A stretch of DNA of 64,000 bases from Eledone cirrhosa (lineage: Eukaryota), in contig OZ024741.1 in the NCBI GenBank assembly GCA_964016885.1, positions 354,206,001-354,270,000 on the forward strand, given 5' to 3'. The position numbers and the translations under genes were made by a program. How positions within the stretch are numbered: the first letter of the stretch is position 1; each line of letters begins with the position of its first letter. Shown in pieces: positions 35,626-48,222 of the stretch. Below the pieces are notes generated by a model. It was not told the origin of the DNA and did no database searches. It was given only the letters and a program-made list of their open reading frames with translations.

Positions 35626-36344
35626 TCCTGAAATTAGTGGTCACACTTAGCAATTTCCATAAGCAAGAAATTCCTTAACCTGATTTAACATAACGCAGGA
35701 TATGCTAGTAATTAGTTGCATTGCTCAACGTTCTGATTTCACATCTAGTCAGAATCCACTTGACTTTTCTTTTCAATAGGGTCTGTATATATTATTACTC
35801 ATAATATGCAGACGAAGGCAACCAACTATACACCATCCTTACAAATCACACTTTGTGATATGTGGGAAAACATCATAAATAATAAAGTTTGGGGTTTCTA
35901 TTTTTATTGGTTTCAATCAATATGCTCTGTATTTCTCTAATCACAAATTTATTGTAAAGCAACATGAGATTAGCTAATATTCACTACTCATGCTTTTCTC
36001 CTGGATACTAACAACATATGTATGTATGGACCCATAATTCCTAATGGAATTGTAGGGGTGCCATGGTGAGATACTATAAGCATTTAAACCTAGTGAAGAA
36101 TTTCTTCTAGAAAAGGAGAGTGAGAGAAATATAGATGAAGAATCGATTCCATTACTGAACTAGTACTTTTTTATCAACCTTGAAAATATGAGGTAAAGTT
36201 GATTTCAGCAGGATTTGAACTGAGTGATTGCAGAGAACAGGATTGGCAACTGCAAAGCATTCTCTTTGACATTCCAACTACTCTGCCAATCTCTCATATA
36301 TATAAATCAGCAAAATATTTGGAGTGGAAATGACAAATACAATT

Positions 36345-37020
36345 CTTCTTCACTCACTTATTCCTGAGAGGGTCATGAGGGCAGAGTCCTCAAACACTCC
36401 TTCCAGTGGGTCCTGTCAGAAGCAACCATTACCAACTGATTTGGCTGGATCCCTAAGCAAGACCAGTCAAACTCATGAATGTTATCCAACCATCTTGCTT
36501 GGGGTCTACCCCTGGGTCTCCTACCTGTTAGTTTTGCCCATAAACTCTGTTGTCCAGCGATTTTTCCTGAGACATTCTAATCACATGCCCATAGTTTTGG
36601 AGCTGATCTTTCAATTCGGAGAAGTAGTGACTCTACCTGGAAAGACTGATCTCCGAGCTACGCACTCTATCAAGTAACATTACTCCAAAGACCCTTTGGA
36701 GGAACCCCATTTCGGCCACCTGTATTTGCAATCATATTCTTTCACTCATTACCCAAGATTCATGACCATAGGTAAGAGTTAGCATGAATACTGAATTGAA
36801 GATAGCAAGTTTGGCCTTTACACCAACCCCCCACCTTCTGATTACCGAATGCTGAAACTGGCCCATTACTGCACTAGCTCCTGATTCTTGCATTTAATTC
36901 AGCATCCTGCCTTCCCTCACTCATGAACACAGCCCTGAGATACTTGAACTTCTTCACCTGCTTAAGTGGAATTCCATTCACATGTAGAGTGTACTGCACA
37001 GGCTGCCTTGAGAGGACAAA
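36345..37020 (-). mobile_element. RTE-type LINE 3' fragment (second family)
   Basis: Homologous to 620-845 and 32637-32985; decayed RT C-terminal coding (KFKYL, LTYGHESW-like). Confidence 0.75.
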
Positions 37021-37448
37021 TGCAATTAATTTGAATAAAATATTGTCCCTCTTCTCTTGATGCTATGTGTTTATTTTTTATTAATGGTTAATCCAGCCCT
37101 GATAGACAATTTCCCAAAATTACTGTTCATACTTTATCATTTCTATAAGTACAAAATTTGTTAACCAAAGTTAACATAATGCTAGAGATGCTTGTAATTA
37201 GATGCATCATTTAACATCTCTAGGAGCTTATATACCCAACTTATTTGACTATTTAATAGTCAAATCTGTATTGAAGCAGCTTACTCTAAGTTAACATACT
37301 TTTAAAATTCAAATATACCCACACATATATAACTGCATTATATTTACTGAATCCTCTTTATTCTCTATAAAACATAACATCTGGTTTGCATTTTCATTTT
37401 CTGTTAGAGGACATTTTATGAAGTGTTGTTAGCTTCACACTCAACATC

Positions 37449-38662
37449 CAACATGAAGAACTAGGTGGTGCTTCTTATCCCCAGGACCAACAACCAACAT
37501 GAATGGCTAGGTGGTGCTTGTTAACCCCAGGCCAACCAATGTGAAGTACTAGTTGGTGGTTGTTAACCCCAGGCCAATCAACCAATGTGAAGTACTAGTT
37601 GGTGCTTGTTAACCCCAGGCCAATCAACCAATGTGAAGTACTAGTTGGTACTTGTTAGCCCCAGGCCAAACAACCAATGTGAAGTACTAGGTGGTGCTTG
37701 TTAGCCCCAGGCCAAACAACCAATGTGAAGTACTAGGTGGTGCTTGTTAGCCCCAGACCAAACAACCAATGTGAAGTACTAGGTGGTGCTTGTTAGCCCC
37801 AGGCCAAACAACCAATGTGAAGTACTAGGTGGTGCTTGTTAGCCCCAGACCAAACAACCAATGTGAAGTACTAGGTGGTGCTTGTTAGCCCCAGACCAAA
37901 CAACCAATGTGAAGTACTAGGTGGTGCTTGTTAGCCCCAGGCCAAACAACCAATGTGAAGTACTAGGTGGTACTTGTTAGCCCCAGGCCAAACAACCAAT
38001 GTGAAGTACTAGGTGGTACTTGTTAGCCCCAGGCCAAACAACCAATGTGAAGTACTAGGTGGTGCTTGTTAGCCCCAGACCAAACAACCAATGTGAAGTA
38101 CTAGGTGGTGCTTGTTAGCCCCAGGCCAAACAACCAATGTGAAGTACTAGGTGGTGCTTGTTAGCCCCAGACCAAACAACCAATGTGAAGTACTAGGTGG
38201 TGCTTGTTAGCCCCAGGCCAAACAACCAATGTGAAGTACTAGGTGGTGCTTGTTAGCCCCAGGCCAAACAACCAATGTGAAGTACTAGGTGGTACTTGTT
38301 AGCCCCAGGCCAAACAACCAATGTGAAGTACTAGGTGGTGCTTGTTAGCCCCAGGCCAAACAACCAATGTGAAGTACTATGTGGTACTTGTTAGCCCCAG
38401 GCCAAACAACCAATGTGAAGTACTAGGTGGTACTTGTTAGCCTCAGGCCAAACAACCAATGTGAAGTACTAGGTGGTACTTGTTAGCCTCAGGCCAAACA
38501 ACCAATGTGAAGTACTAGGTGGTGCTTGTTAGCCTCAGGCCAAACAACCAATGTGAAGTACTAGGTGGTGCTTGTTAGCCCCAGACCAAACAACCAATGT
38601 GAAGTACTAGGTGGTGCTTGTTAGCCTCAGGCCAAACAGCCAATGTGAAGAACTAGGTGGTA
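37449..38662. repeat. 46-bp minisatellite, ~26 copies, highly homogeneous
   Basis: ACCAATGTGAAGTACTAGGTGGTGCTTGTTAGCCCCAGGCCAAACA; period measured 37811 to 37857. Confidence 0.97.
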
Positions 38663-40306
38663 ATTTTCGTATGGCTTCTACCCAGCTCATTGAACCTGCT
38701 GGGTAAACCAAACCCCATTGATATAACATTGGAGTCACAAAAGCTTTCCTACATAGAAAATCACCAGTGAGGCAGTGCTTCTCCTAATACAATGTTGAAT
38801 ATATATATATATATATTCATTTAAAAATAACAGAAGGCTGAACTGGAAACATTCAGTTTTAATGTTGCAAAAACCTATACGTATTTCAATGACCTTGTTA
38901 CATCTGATCATGATGCAAGATGTAGCCAATGTTATCAGGTGTGGATTGTAAAATTAGTTATATAACAAGATTACAATAAACACAAATAGAAAATAAAGAA
39001 TAGATTTAATTTGGGTATGGCTCATCAATCCAGAGTTAATGGTGGTGTTTATTAGCCTCAGGTCAAACCTGTTGGACAAGACTTTTTGAGGCATTTTTTA
39101 CAGCCGGATGTCTTTCCTAATACCATATATTTTCGGTCAGTTACTATCTTGACCGATTACCATCACAATTACTATGTAGCGGTTCTTTCACGTGACTGCT
39201 GGACCCGGATGAAACGAAGACGAAGAATTTCCTTACGTACCGTTTCGTACCACAGATGCGATCTCACTTTGCCTCGTTAATGTTCAATCGACACCAAAGT
39301 TCTACGTTCGGGGCAATAGAATTGAATCCAACCACTGACAACATAGTTGGATGACCGATAATCACACCAAACCGGAGTACTGTGATCCTTGTGATTTCGA
39401 GATATACAACCACTGACACTGTTACGAAGACCAGAAAACCATACTCCATAATATTGAACCAAGTGATTGATTTGTGCGACCAAAATAACACCACACACAT
39501 ATTGAACTAGGAATATTGGATCTTCCGTCAATGTCTGGGTGAGCAAAAATAGATTTCTATCTGCATTGGAATTTACGAACTTGTGCATCTGCTGTGGTGT
39601 CAAAAACAAACGCACATGACCGCACAGATAAACAATGGACTATGCCACGTGGCTTGAACCTGTAAGTGAATTGAAGGTTCTGTAACTCTGATATACAGAT
39701 TATTTATTATTAAGATGTATAAACTTGACAAAACTATTATCATCTTATATTCTCTCAACTAATCACATTTGATCATATTTCTCTATCCCGTTTTCTCCCC
39801 CATAATTATAATATTTTTATTTGAAAAAATCGGTTTTTTTACATTGTTTTCCCCTTCAAATACTTGCTTATATTTCTTTATATATTTTTTATCTTTATTC
39901 TTATTTTCACTTTTATCCTCCTTTATATTTTACCTTATTTTTACTTTTATACCTTATTATAGTGTAATCTTCCCCATGCCTTATTATACATTATTAATTA
40001 TAGATTATTATTATTACTCTTTTTCCACTTCTAATTACCTCATGTACTTTCTCCTCCGTTATATATATATTGTATGCTCTTTGTGTGTGTAGCCTCTGCA
40101 CCCTACTATCGACGCCACCCCATCTATGGTTCAGCTAACCACTCGACTCCCGGGAATGAATATGACCGCAGCTAGTAAACAAGAACCCACACCCCACCCT
40201 CCCGCACCAAAATTAGACTTATCGTCCCCTACTTCTGCTCTTTACTTTCTTTACTCTTTGTTCTTGAATGTTTGGTTGGTAGAGTCCATAACACCAATCA
40301 AACCCC

Positions 40307-40366
40307 TTTTATAGCTCTGACGAATCCTACGGTTACGTAAGGAAGAAACATTGTAAGCCAATAAAA
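40307..40366 (+). ncRNA. Candidate minimal type I hammerhead ribozyme (Penelope-like-element type)
   Basis: CTGACGA 40317-23; stem II TCCTACG-gtta-CGTA(A)GGA; GAAA 40345-48; tiny stem III AC-att-GT; GTA cleavage triplet; stem I GCT/AGC plus TTTTAT/ATAAAA. Confidence 0.6.
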
Positions 40367-40783
40367 ATCTTTTGATGTTGTAGACGCTCTTGTGTTCTTT
40401 ATCATATATATATAGTGTATGTATTCTAAACACATAAATGTTATGTTTTATATATATATATAATTGTGCAAATATGTGAACTTTTTTTTAGATATATACA
40501 GCAGATTATTTATTCATAATTGTATAACATCACATCGATGAGGGTGCAGCTAGAGAAGATTGAGGAGAAATAGGCTGGCAATGCCAAGTCAAGAGTGGAT
40601 CAGGCCACTGACACTAAAATACAATGAGTAAGCAGTTAAGTTGCTCAAACAGCTGGAATACTCATTGTGGAAACCAACAGAGAATCCATTTATTATGAAA
40701 AAGAAGGGAGGTAATAAATTTATAGAATTTTAAAAAAATTAAGCCAGAAATATTTATATTTTTAATGCAATTAAATGAATGTT

Positions 40784-41161
40784 TTATTGTTTAATATTTT
40801 TCAATATTTCTTTAATATGAGAAGAAAACTTCTGTCTTTTTCTTCTTTTACGTGCTTTTTTGACACCATCGTCTGTTCTGGGTACAGTATCTACAGCTTT
40901 CTTTTTCTTACATGACAGTGGATTAGCTTCCTTTCTTGATTTTCTCTTCTTGAAATCAACACGAGGTTTTTTATCCAACATCTTTACTTTTAATTGTTTT
41001 AATACTTTCTCTTCATAATCTGTTTCTTCCACTTCTCCACAAAAACCATCTGTTGCTATCTGCTGAGAAGCTTTGCTTGGCTGCTCAATACAAACAGTTC
41101 TGTCTATAAAAACAATGGGAACACCAGGCATTTTTTGAAGAACCTTCTGAATCTTCTTGTC
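40784..41161 (-). CDS. UTP23: UTP23 last coding exon
   Basis: DKKIQKVLQKMPGVPIVFI...NPLSCKKKK...stop; total CDS 741 nt = 246 aa. Confidence 0.93.
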   Translation of the reverse strand, partial: DKKIQKVLQKMPGVPIVFIDRTVCIEQPSKASQQIATDGFCGEVEETDYEEKVLKQLKVKMLDKKPRVDFKKRKSRKEANPLSCKKKKAVDTVPRTDDGVKKARKRRKRQKFSSHIKEILKNIKQ

Positions 41162-43424
41162 CTAGAAAAAATATAAATAAACTTCACAATTTTTTTTTAC
41201 AATAGTGCTACAAAAAACAACCCATAAAGAACCCATTCCATCCTATGAGGTGGTGATGCTAGTGCCACAACAAAAATCATCTAGTCTATTCTGTAAGATG
41301 GTAGTGTTGGTACCACTACAAAAGGCACCTACGCAACTCTGTAATATGATTATGGTGGAACCATAATAAAATGCACACAGAAAATGCTGTAAAGTTGTTG
41401 GCGTTAGTAAGGGCATCCAGCCAAAGAAACCATGTCCAAAAAATTCGAGCAAAACGGTGTCACCTGAACAGTCAAGCCACAGTCCATAACCACCTATCTA
41501 ACCTACACAAGTATGGAAAATCGACATAAAACAGTGATTAGATGAATATGATTGAAAATCTATATATTCACAATACATTTTGATATACTTTTCATAAGCC
41601 AGTTATAATGAAAACATCATCTCCATACATACAAGAAAACTTCATAATTTAATATTACCAAAATTGTATCAAAGACATTTTTCTTTCTTTCCAAGACCAA
41701 AAAAGTAACTGACATGCTTCAAGAATAAAAGATTTCCTACAATAAAGTACTGCTCTTATAGCTGAAATAGCACAAGTTTTCTGATTCCTAAAATACTAAA
41801 CTACATTAAGATGAAAGCGATTTAACTAAAACACCTTCCAAGCAAAAGCTTAATTTTGCTCTCTTTTTATTTATTTTTTTGTATTTTTAGAATTTTCTAC
41901 AACATATGCAGTTCTTTTTATAAAGCAGAAAATATTCTGACCTCACTTTTGGATACACCTCATATCATTATATAGTATTTCATTCTAAGGTGAATTGGCA
42001 GACATTGGAGCAACAAGGTTCAGTGTTCTGGGTTCAAATCCCATCATGGTCAACTTTTCCTTTCATTCATTCAAGGTCAATAAATTAAGTACAAGTCCCA
42101 GGATCATGGCTGGATAAATGGGATTGTTAGACTTGGACAGGCTGCTTTTGGGCATCTGATCTGGCTTTCTGCATTCTGAGTTCAAACCCTGCTTCCTACT
42201 ACTAAGAGTTGTGACTGGAACATAGTACTAGCAAAATGGAAACAGTATTCTTAGTCTAATATGATGATCAGCTCCGTTCTTTTTTTTTCAACCTAATAAC
42301 TTTTCCTCGTGGGCTTTCCTATGCCCGGGGGCTCATCCCAGCTTCATTGGCATTAAGTGACTGAGAATACAAGACTCTATCTTGGACAAGAAGCCAGTCC
42401 ATTGCAATTTACCACATGAATGTGTAGTAACTGAGTTGTGTGGAAGCATCAAACACTTTCATTATTTTGTTCTTTAACAACCACATACATCATTGCTAAG
42501 ATGACAAAACAAATGGTCCTATACAAGGTAAACAGTTGTCAAAAACACAGTAACATAAAATCCAAAGTTATTGTTACATCACCCCTTTACCAAACTAATC
42601 TGCCTTATTAAATAACTCAACTTGACAGACACCTTTATTTCTAAGCAGTTCACAAACCAGCAAAGTTTGATCAATAAAATATGTACTGAGGTTGATATAA
42701 TCAATATACATTGATAAAATAAGTACTGAGGATGATATAATCAATATAAATTTTCTAAGAAAACTTCGAAGTCACTGTCACTTTTCTTAGGATATAAATT
42801 TCTATACTCTACCCACCAGTATTAAGTGCTCATTTAGTTAATGTTTGAATGTTTTAAATATTACAATATTTTAAACACATATAAAATCGATATACATCTT
42901 TAAATGTACTGAGATTAATATGATGGATACACTTTAATAAAATAACTGCTGTGTTCAATATAATTGGCTAAAGCTTTGAAGACAAGTGCCCCAGCAGCAG
43001 TCTAATAACTGAAACCAGTAAAAAAATATTTTAAAAGAGCCTATACGTATATCCTTTTATGTTTTTACATATTTCAGTTATTATAATGCAACCAGAATGG
43101 AGCACCATCTTATTTTTTTTAAGTCTGGCTCTCAGTTCATTGATTTCTTTTTGTTAAACCACTAACGTAAACACAGTTACAGATGTACCTCCCCACCACA
43201 CACACATATTCCATCATCAGCATCGTCATCGTTTTTCGAGACTTGAATTGTTTGGACAGGTCCTTCTCAGCACAGCATCTCTCTACTCAACACGTTCTTT
43301 CATCCTCTCCTCTGCAAGTCTTAGCAATTTGAGGTCAGCTCTCAATGTCTGCTCAGGTCTTTCTTCATCTTCCTCTACTCCGGGTTCCTTCCACTGGGAT
43401 TTCCTAGCATTTCTTCACCCAGCA

Positions 43425-43724
43425 GTCATTCTCCATGTACATCACACGTCCTGTCATTCTCCATGTGCATCACGTCCTATCATTCTCCATGTGCATCACA
43501 TGTCCTATCATTCTCCATGTGCATCACATGTCCTGTCATTGTTCATGTACATCACATGTCCTGTCATTGTTCATGTGCATCACATGTCCTATCATTCTCC
43601 ATGTGCATCACATGTCCTGTCATTGTTCATGTAAATCACATGTCCTGTCATTGTTCATGTAAATCACATGTCCTGTCATTGTTCATGTAAATCACATGTC
43701 CTGTCATTGTTCATGTGCATCACA
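43425..43724. repeat. 28-bp minisatellite, ~10-11 copies, in a UTP23 intron
   Basis: CATCACATGTCCTGTCATTGTTCATGTG; adjoins a decayed RTE 3' end at 43209-43430. Confidence 0.93.
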
Positions 43725-43956
43725 TTCATACATATATATTACGATGGGCTTCTGCACTTTCCATCTACCAAATTCCATTCACATACCTAAGGCTTTAGCA
43801 GAAGACACTTGCCAAAGATGTCTTGCATCAGGAGTGAACTCAGACTTACATGGTTGCAAAGTGAACCACTTAACCAAACAGCCATGCCTGTCACTAGGCT
43901 ATATATATGTGTGTGTGTGTGTGTGGGGGGAAAAAAATAGATGAATGACTACCAAC

Positions 43957-44102
43957 CTGGGTGCCTATGATGTAATGATTGCTATTATTATTCTTTACGA
44001 TGCTCTGTAAACATTCAACTACTGATACTGCTTTCTTTTTGTGTCCACATGAACAGACCTGACAATTACGTAGTTGTTGTAAAAGACGAGGAAACAGTTT
44101 TG
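43957..44102 (-). CDS. UTP23: UTP23 second coding exon
   Basis: KLFPRLLQQLRNCQVCSCGHKKKAVSVVECLQSIVKNNNSNHYIIGTQ (C-x-H...C...H zinc motif); 146 nt; phase fits. Confidence 0.92.
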
Positions 44103-45936
44103 CTGAAAATTATGAAAAAAGAAAATTAAAAAGAAACTTAAAAACACCTAATATTTCTAATAATTTCAGACCTGTTCAGACTACTTTCTTTTCAGATCTT
44201 CTTTAATCTTTATCTAGAATATGGAGAATCATAAGTTCATATCTTCTGCAAGCATTTTACAAGATCTGTAGAGGTAATTACTAGGTGAAACTACAATGTA
44301 TTAGCCTGTTCTCTTCTAGTATAGGTATAGGAAGAGCATACAACTCTAAAAAGCCTAACCAAAATTGGAATGTATGAGCAAGATGTAGTCACCTGACCAG
44401 TCTAACATCAATACATGTCAACCTGCCTAACCTATACAAGCATGGAAAATGTTTGAATGGGTTAGGCAGGTTGTCATGATGATTTCCTATCCAGAAGATT
44501 GTCATTTGTATCTCTACCATTTAATGCTATAGGCACTATAGACATATTAATTCTTACTAAACAGATGGTGGTCCTTTAAATCAAAATCTTCCAACGTAAA
44601 TATATATAGGAACAATATGTTGTTACTATCTTGATAATGAAATAATTAAAATTTTAGTAAATATCAGAAAATTCTTCATTAATTAAGGTCTTTTTGTGTT
44701 TTGCTCATATATTTTTGACTTGGTTTTCTATGGTTGGATGCTCTTATTAAACATTAATCATTTTACATCATGTACTGGGAACCTTTTTTGTGGCACCAGC
44801 CCTACCACCTTACAGGGCAGACCAGGTGATTTTTGTTTGTTGTGGCACTAGTATGACCAACTTTCAGGATGTACAGGGTGTGTTTTGTAATGGCACCACT
44901 ACAACCACCATACAGGGTGGACGGGATGCTTTTTTGTGGTACCACTATGATCATCTTACAGTGTTCACTGGGTACTTTTATGTTTTGGCACCAGTATAAC
45001 TGTCTTACAGGGTGGATTGAGTGCTTTTTGTGGTGGCACCAGTATTACCACCTTAGTCTCAACTGGGTGCTTTTTTGCACATGTATGACCATCTTACAGG
45101 GTGGACTGGGTGCTTTCTTGTCATGGAATCAGTACAATCACCTTACCGAATGGACTGGATGCTTGTTTGTCATGTCACCACTTTGACCAGAGTGAAGTGT
45201 ATTTGTAATGAATTATATTCTTAAGCTATAGGATAAGAGAAAAACATGTCACTATCCACTTCAAAGAAACAGTGTCTGCCTCCAGTTTCATGGCATCAAT
45301 GTCTTCTCTTGACTGGGCAACATTCTCAGATGAATCATGTTTTAGTTTACTCCCTGTGTATACAACAAAGGTCTTACACTGGATTTGAACTGAAGACAAA
45401 TGGGATAATAGTCCAATAAGATATCCATTTGGTAATTTCACTTCTACAAACCAGTAAGAGAAAGTGCAGTTTGAAGTTATAGAAATTGTGAGAAGCTTCA
45501 ATACACGTCATGTTCTTTACAGGACATCTTTCAAGAGCAGATAGTGTACATAAGAAGATCCAGATTGAATTAAGACATTCACTAGACTAGCTTGTGTTGA
45601 TTAAAACACACAAAATTAATTAATACTTTAGTTAACTAAAATCAAATTAGTATTTTATTGGTGTCATTTTGTGCTATAGCTAGAGTAAATCAGCCTAGTT
45701 AAGGCTATATTTTACCAAGTTACTCTCATAGCAAAATTTGAGGTCATCTTTGTAAGTTGAAACACCCATCAATTATATAGTGTTCCCACTCCTCCCAGTG
45801 ATGTTCTTAAGGTACATAAGTACTATACAACAGAGTGAACAAGTAAAAGTGTTTTGAATATGTTTTGACACAGCTACATTTATGAAAAAATACAATTAAT
45901 ATTAGCCTTTTGACCTATTAATAGGTGAATACATAC

Positions 45937-46153
45937 CTAAATTATGTGCCTCTGCAATTACACAAGAGGTGGTAAAAAGCCGGATTTCACTGTGCAAATA
46001 TTTAGAGAGGACTTCATTTATATCAAAATGTTGGTTGAGTGCAGATAAACAGAATGTCCCATCAATTAACACTTGGTAAGGTATTCTGAATTGAAAATAA
46101 TTTTTATAAAATGCTAGAATTTTTTTAACTTTTTTCTCTCGTAAAATCTTCAT
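45937..46153 (-). CDS. UTP23: UTP23 (rRNA-processing PIN-domain protein) first coding exon
   Basis: MKILREKKVKKILAFYKNYFQFRIPYQVLIDGTFC...TTSCVIAE matches UTP23; an acceptor at 46170 implies an upstream non-coding exon; GTATGT donor. Confidence 0.93.
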
Positions 46154-46393
46154 ATTTACAAGTTTATTTCTGAAAAGAAACAAAAGGAGACAGTATAAAT
46201 AAAATAGATATAAAAACATTGAGATAATTAAAGACATGGGATTTGAATATAAATACATAAGTACAAGATCAGTATATTTATAATACAATTAATATATAAC
46301 TATCGGAGATATTAAACAAAAAAATGTTCTCTTTTTGAAGTGAAATAAACATATTAATATTATAAATATAACAAGCACGCCTGCGATCAGTTA

Positions 46394-46566
46394 CAGTGAA
46401 ATTGAGTTATAACGAAATTCACGGGGTATACAAAAAAATCGTCGTAACGAAAAGTTCTTTATAACGAGATCGACCGAAACAAATCGAGCTCTTGTTAGTT
46501 ATTACTTCGGGAATTGAAAAAAATGTTCGTTAAACTGAAAATTTTGTTATAACGGAATTTTACCTG
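46394..46566. mobile_element. pogo/Tigger-type MITE
   Basis: TA-flanked TIRs CAGTGAAATTGAGTTATAACGAAATT / CAGGTAAAATTCCGTTATAACAAAATT. Confidence 0.7.
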
Positions 46567-48030
46567 TATAATGCAAGTGTCCGGCAACGCGTTAAATTAT
46601 GATAGGTAAACACTTCGATCAAGCACCAGCCAGAACACATCTAAGGCTGTGATGGTCCACCACCCCTAGAAGCCAGTGACCCTTCCGATAAGGACCCTGA
46701 TGGTGCTTGCGGTGCTTGAATTTGGATTCGTCTGTCTCCACGACTACACCATTTCTTACAATCTGTATAGTTGTTGATACATAGTATATATATTTCTGAA
46801 ATAATCATACCAATTAACTATTGTTTCAATACATACACCAACCTGCTACATAACAATAGTTTGTTTACAGTTAATTTCAAGGCGAGGCAGTGGAATACGA
46901 GACCCAGAACCTTGTCAACTTCTATATACAATTTTAAAACTTTCTGCTTCATTTTAGAGTCAATTTTTAACCAGTACTACTTGCTATTGCTGAATTTCTT
47001 CTTTCACTTTTATTAGACTCACAGATCTTACTATCGCTTCTCGTATTGATGCTCATCTGGGAGACATCGATACAAAGCGATGCTTGATACTCAGAAGAGG
47101 ATCGTCTCTACCTTGATATGAGTCAAAATACCCTTACCGGGTACCAAATGATATCAAAACATATCTACCGTATACATTGTTTTCGAACAATTATCTCAAT
47201 TTAGAGATGAGGAATATATATACTATTGTCATCTGCTTATAGAAAGATTACGGCGCATATATATATAAAGAGTGTGTCAAAGAGACGGGCTTCCCCGTAG
47301 TTTTAACCTGGAACTATCGTAGAAGACACGTATTTAAGGTATCATGCAGGGGATAGAACTTGGAAACACGTGGTAGGACATTCTAAACACCAAAACCTTG
47401 TCTGCGTCGTTCGATGAAAGTTTCTTCTCTTTTAAAGAAAGTCCAGAATAAATCATTAATATGTTTATAACAATGTCAGTGTTTATGAATTAAACATTAT
47501 ACCATAATATCGAAATGACGAGATTTAAGGAAAACATCTTACTTGTTTGATGCACAACATTGAAGTACTAATAGGTGGCGCAATGTTCGCAAAACACTGA
47601 AACCAGAAGAGTGATCTCCCTTGATTATCAAAGTTTGTTTCCCTTTCCTTCCACTGATGTTTTTTGTTGGTTATTAGGTTCAGTTCAGTGTAACAAGCTA
47701 AGCAACCTGTGTTCAGGCAGTAAAATAATCTATGAATACTTATAGAGTCAAAGGGCCTGTCATTAGGTCCTGACACATGTATGAATGGTTCCAGTTAGAG
47801 CTTTCCTTTAAAATCTCATAAATAACTCTGCTTTAAAAGTATGGTTCTTAGTTAGCTCTGAACGCAAAACTATTCTACTCTTATCCTTACGATCCAATGA
47901 GAGAACCTTATCACAGTTTTACTAAAAAGAGCAGCCAAATCTCCCTCATATAACATTCCGCCCTTCTTTTGTTAAGGATTAATTTGGTAATGTGATCATA
48001 GGAAGATCCATCATCATTATCATCATCATC

Positions 48031-48221
48031 AAGGGCGGTGAATTGGCAGTATCGGTAGAGGGTTGGATGCCATGCTTTGATGCATAGAGTTACGGCCCTT
48101 GCCATTCTGAGTTCAAATCCCGCCGAGGTTAACTTTGCCTTTCATCCTTACGGGGTCGATAAAATAAAGTACCAGTAATGCACTGGGTAATTGCTGGCCT
48201 TGTGCCAAAAGTAGAAACAAT
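48031..48221 (+). mobile_element. tRNA-derived SINE inserted in the RTE ATC tail
   Basis: Same family; flanked by ATTATCATCATCATC on both sides. Confidence 0.9.
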
Positions 48222-48222
48222 T

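Noticed and set aside
37449-38662. CRISPR-like regular array
   Set aside because: The whole 46-bp unit repeats with no variable spacer, so it is a plain minisatellite
43248-43690. His/Cys-rich repetitive ORFs (metallothionein-like look)
   Set aside because: Translation artefacts of the 28-bp minisatellite, open in several frames, inside a UTP23 intron
47130-47145. Possible donor (CG|GTAAGG on minus) of a non-coding first exon of UTP23
   Set aside because: Plausible, but cannot be told apart from other candidate donors without transcript data
48031-48130. tRNA gene
   Set aside because: A/B-box-like motifs belong to a SINE head; no cloverleaf; continues into SINE body with a TSD
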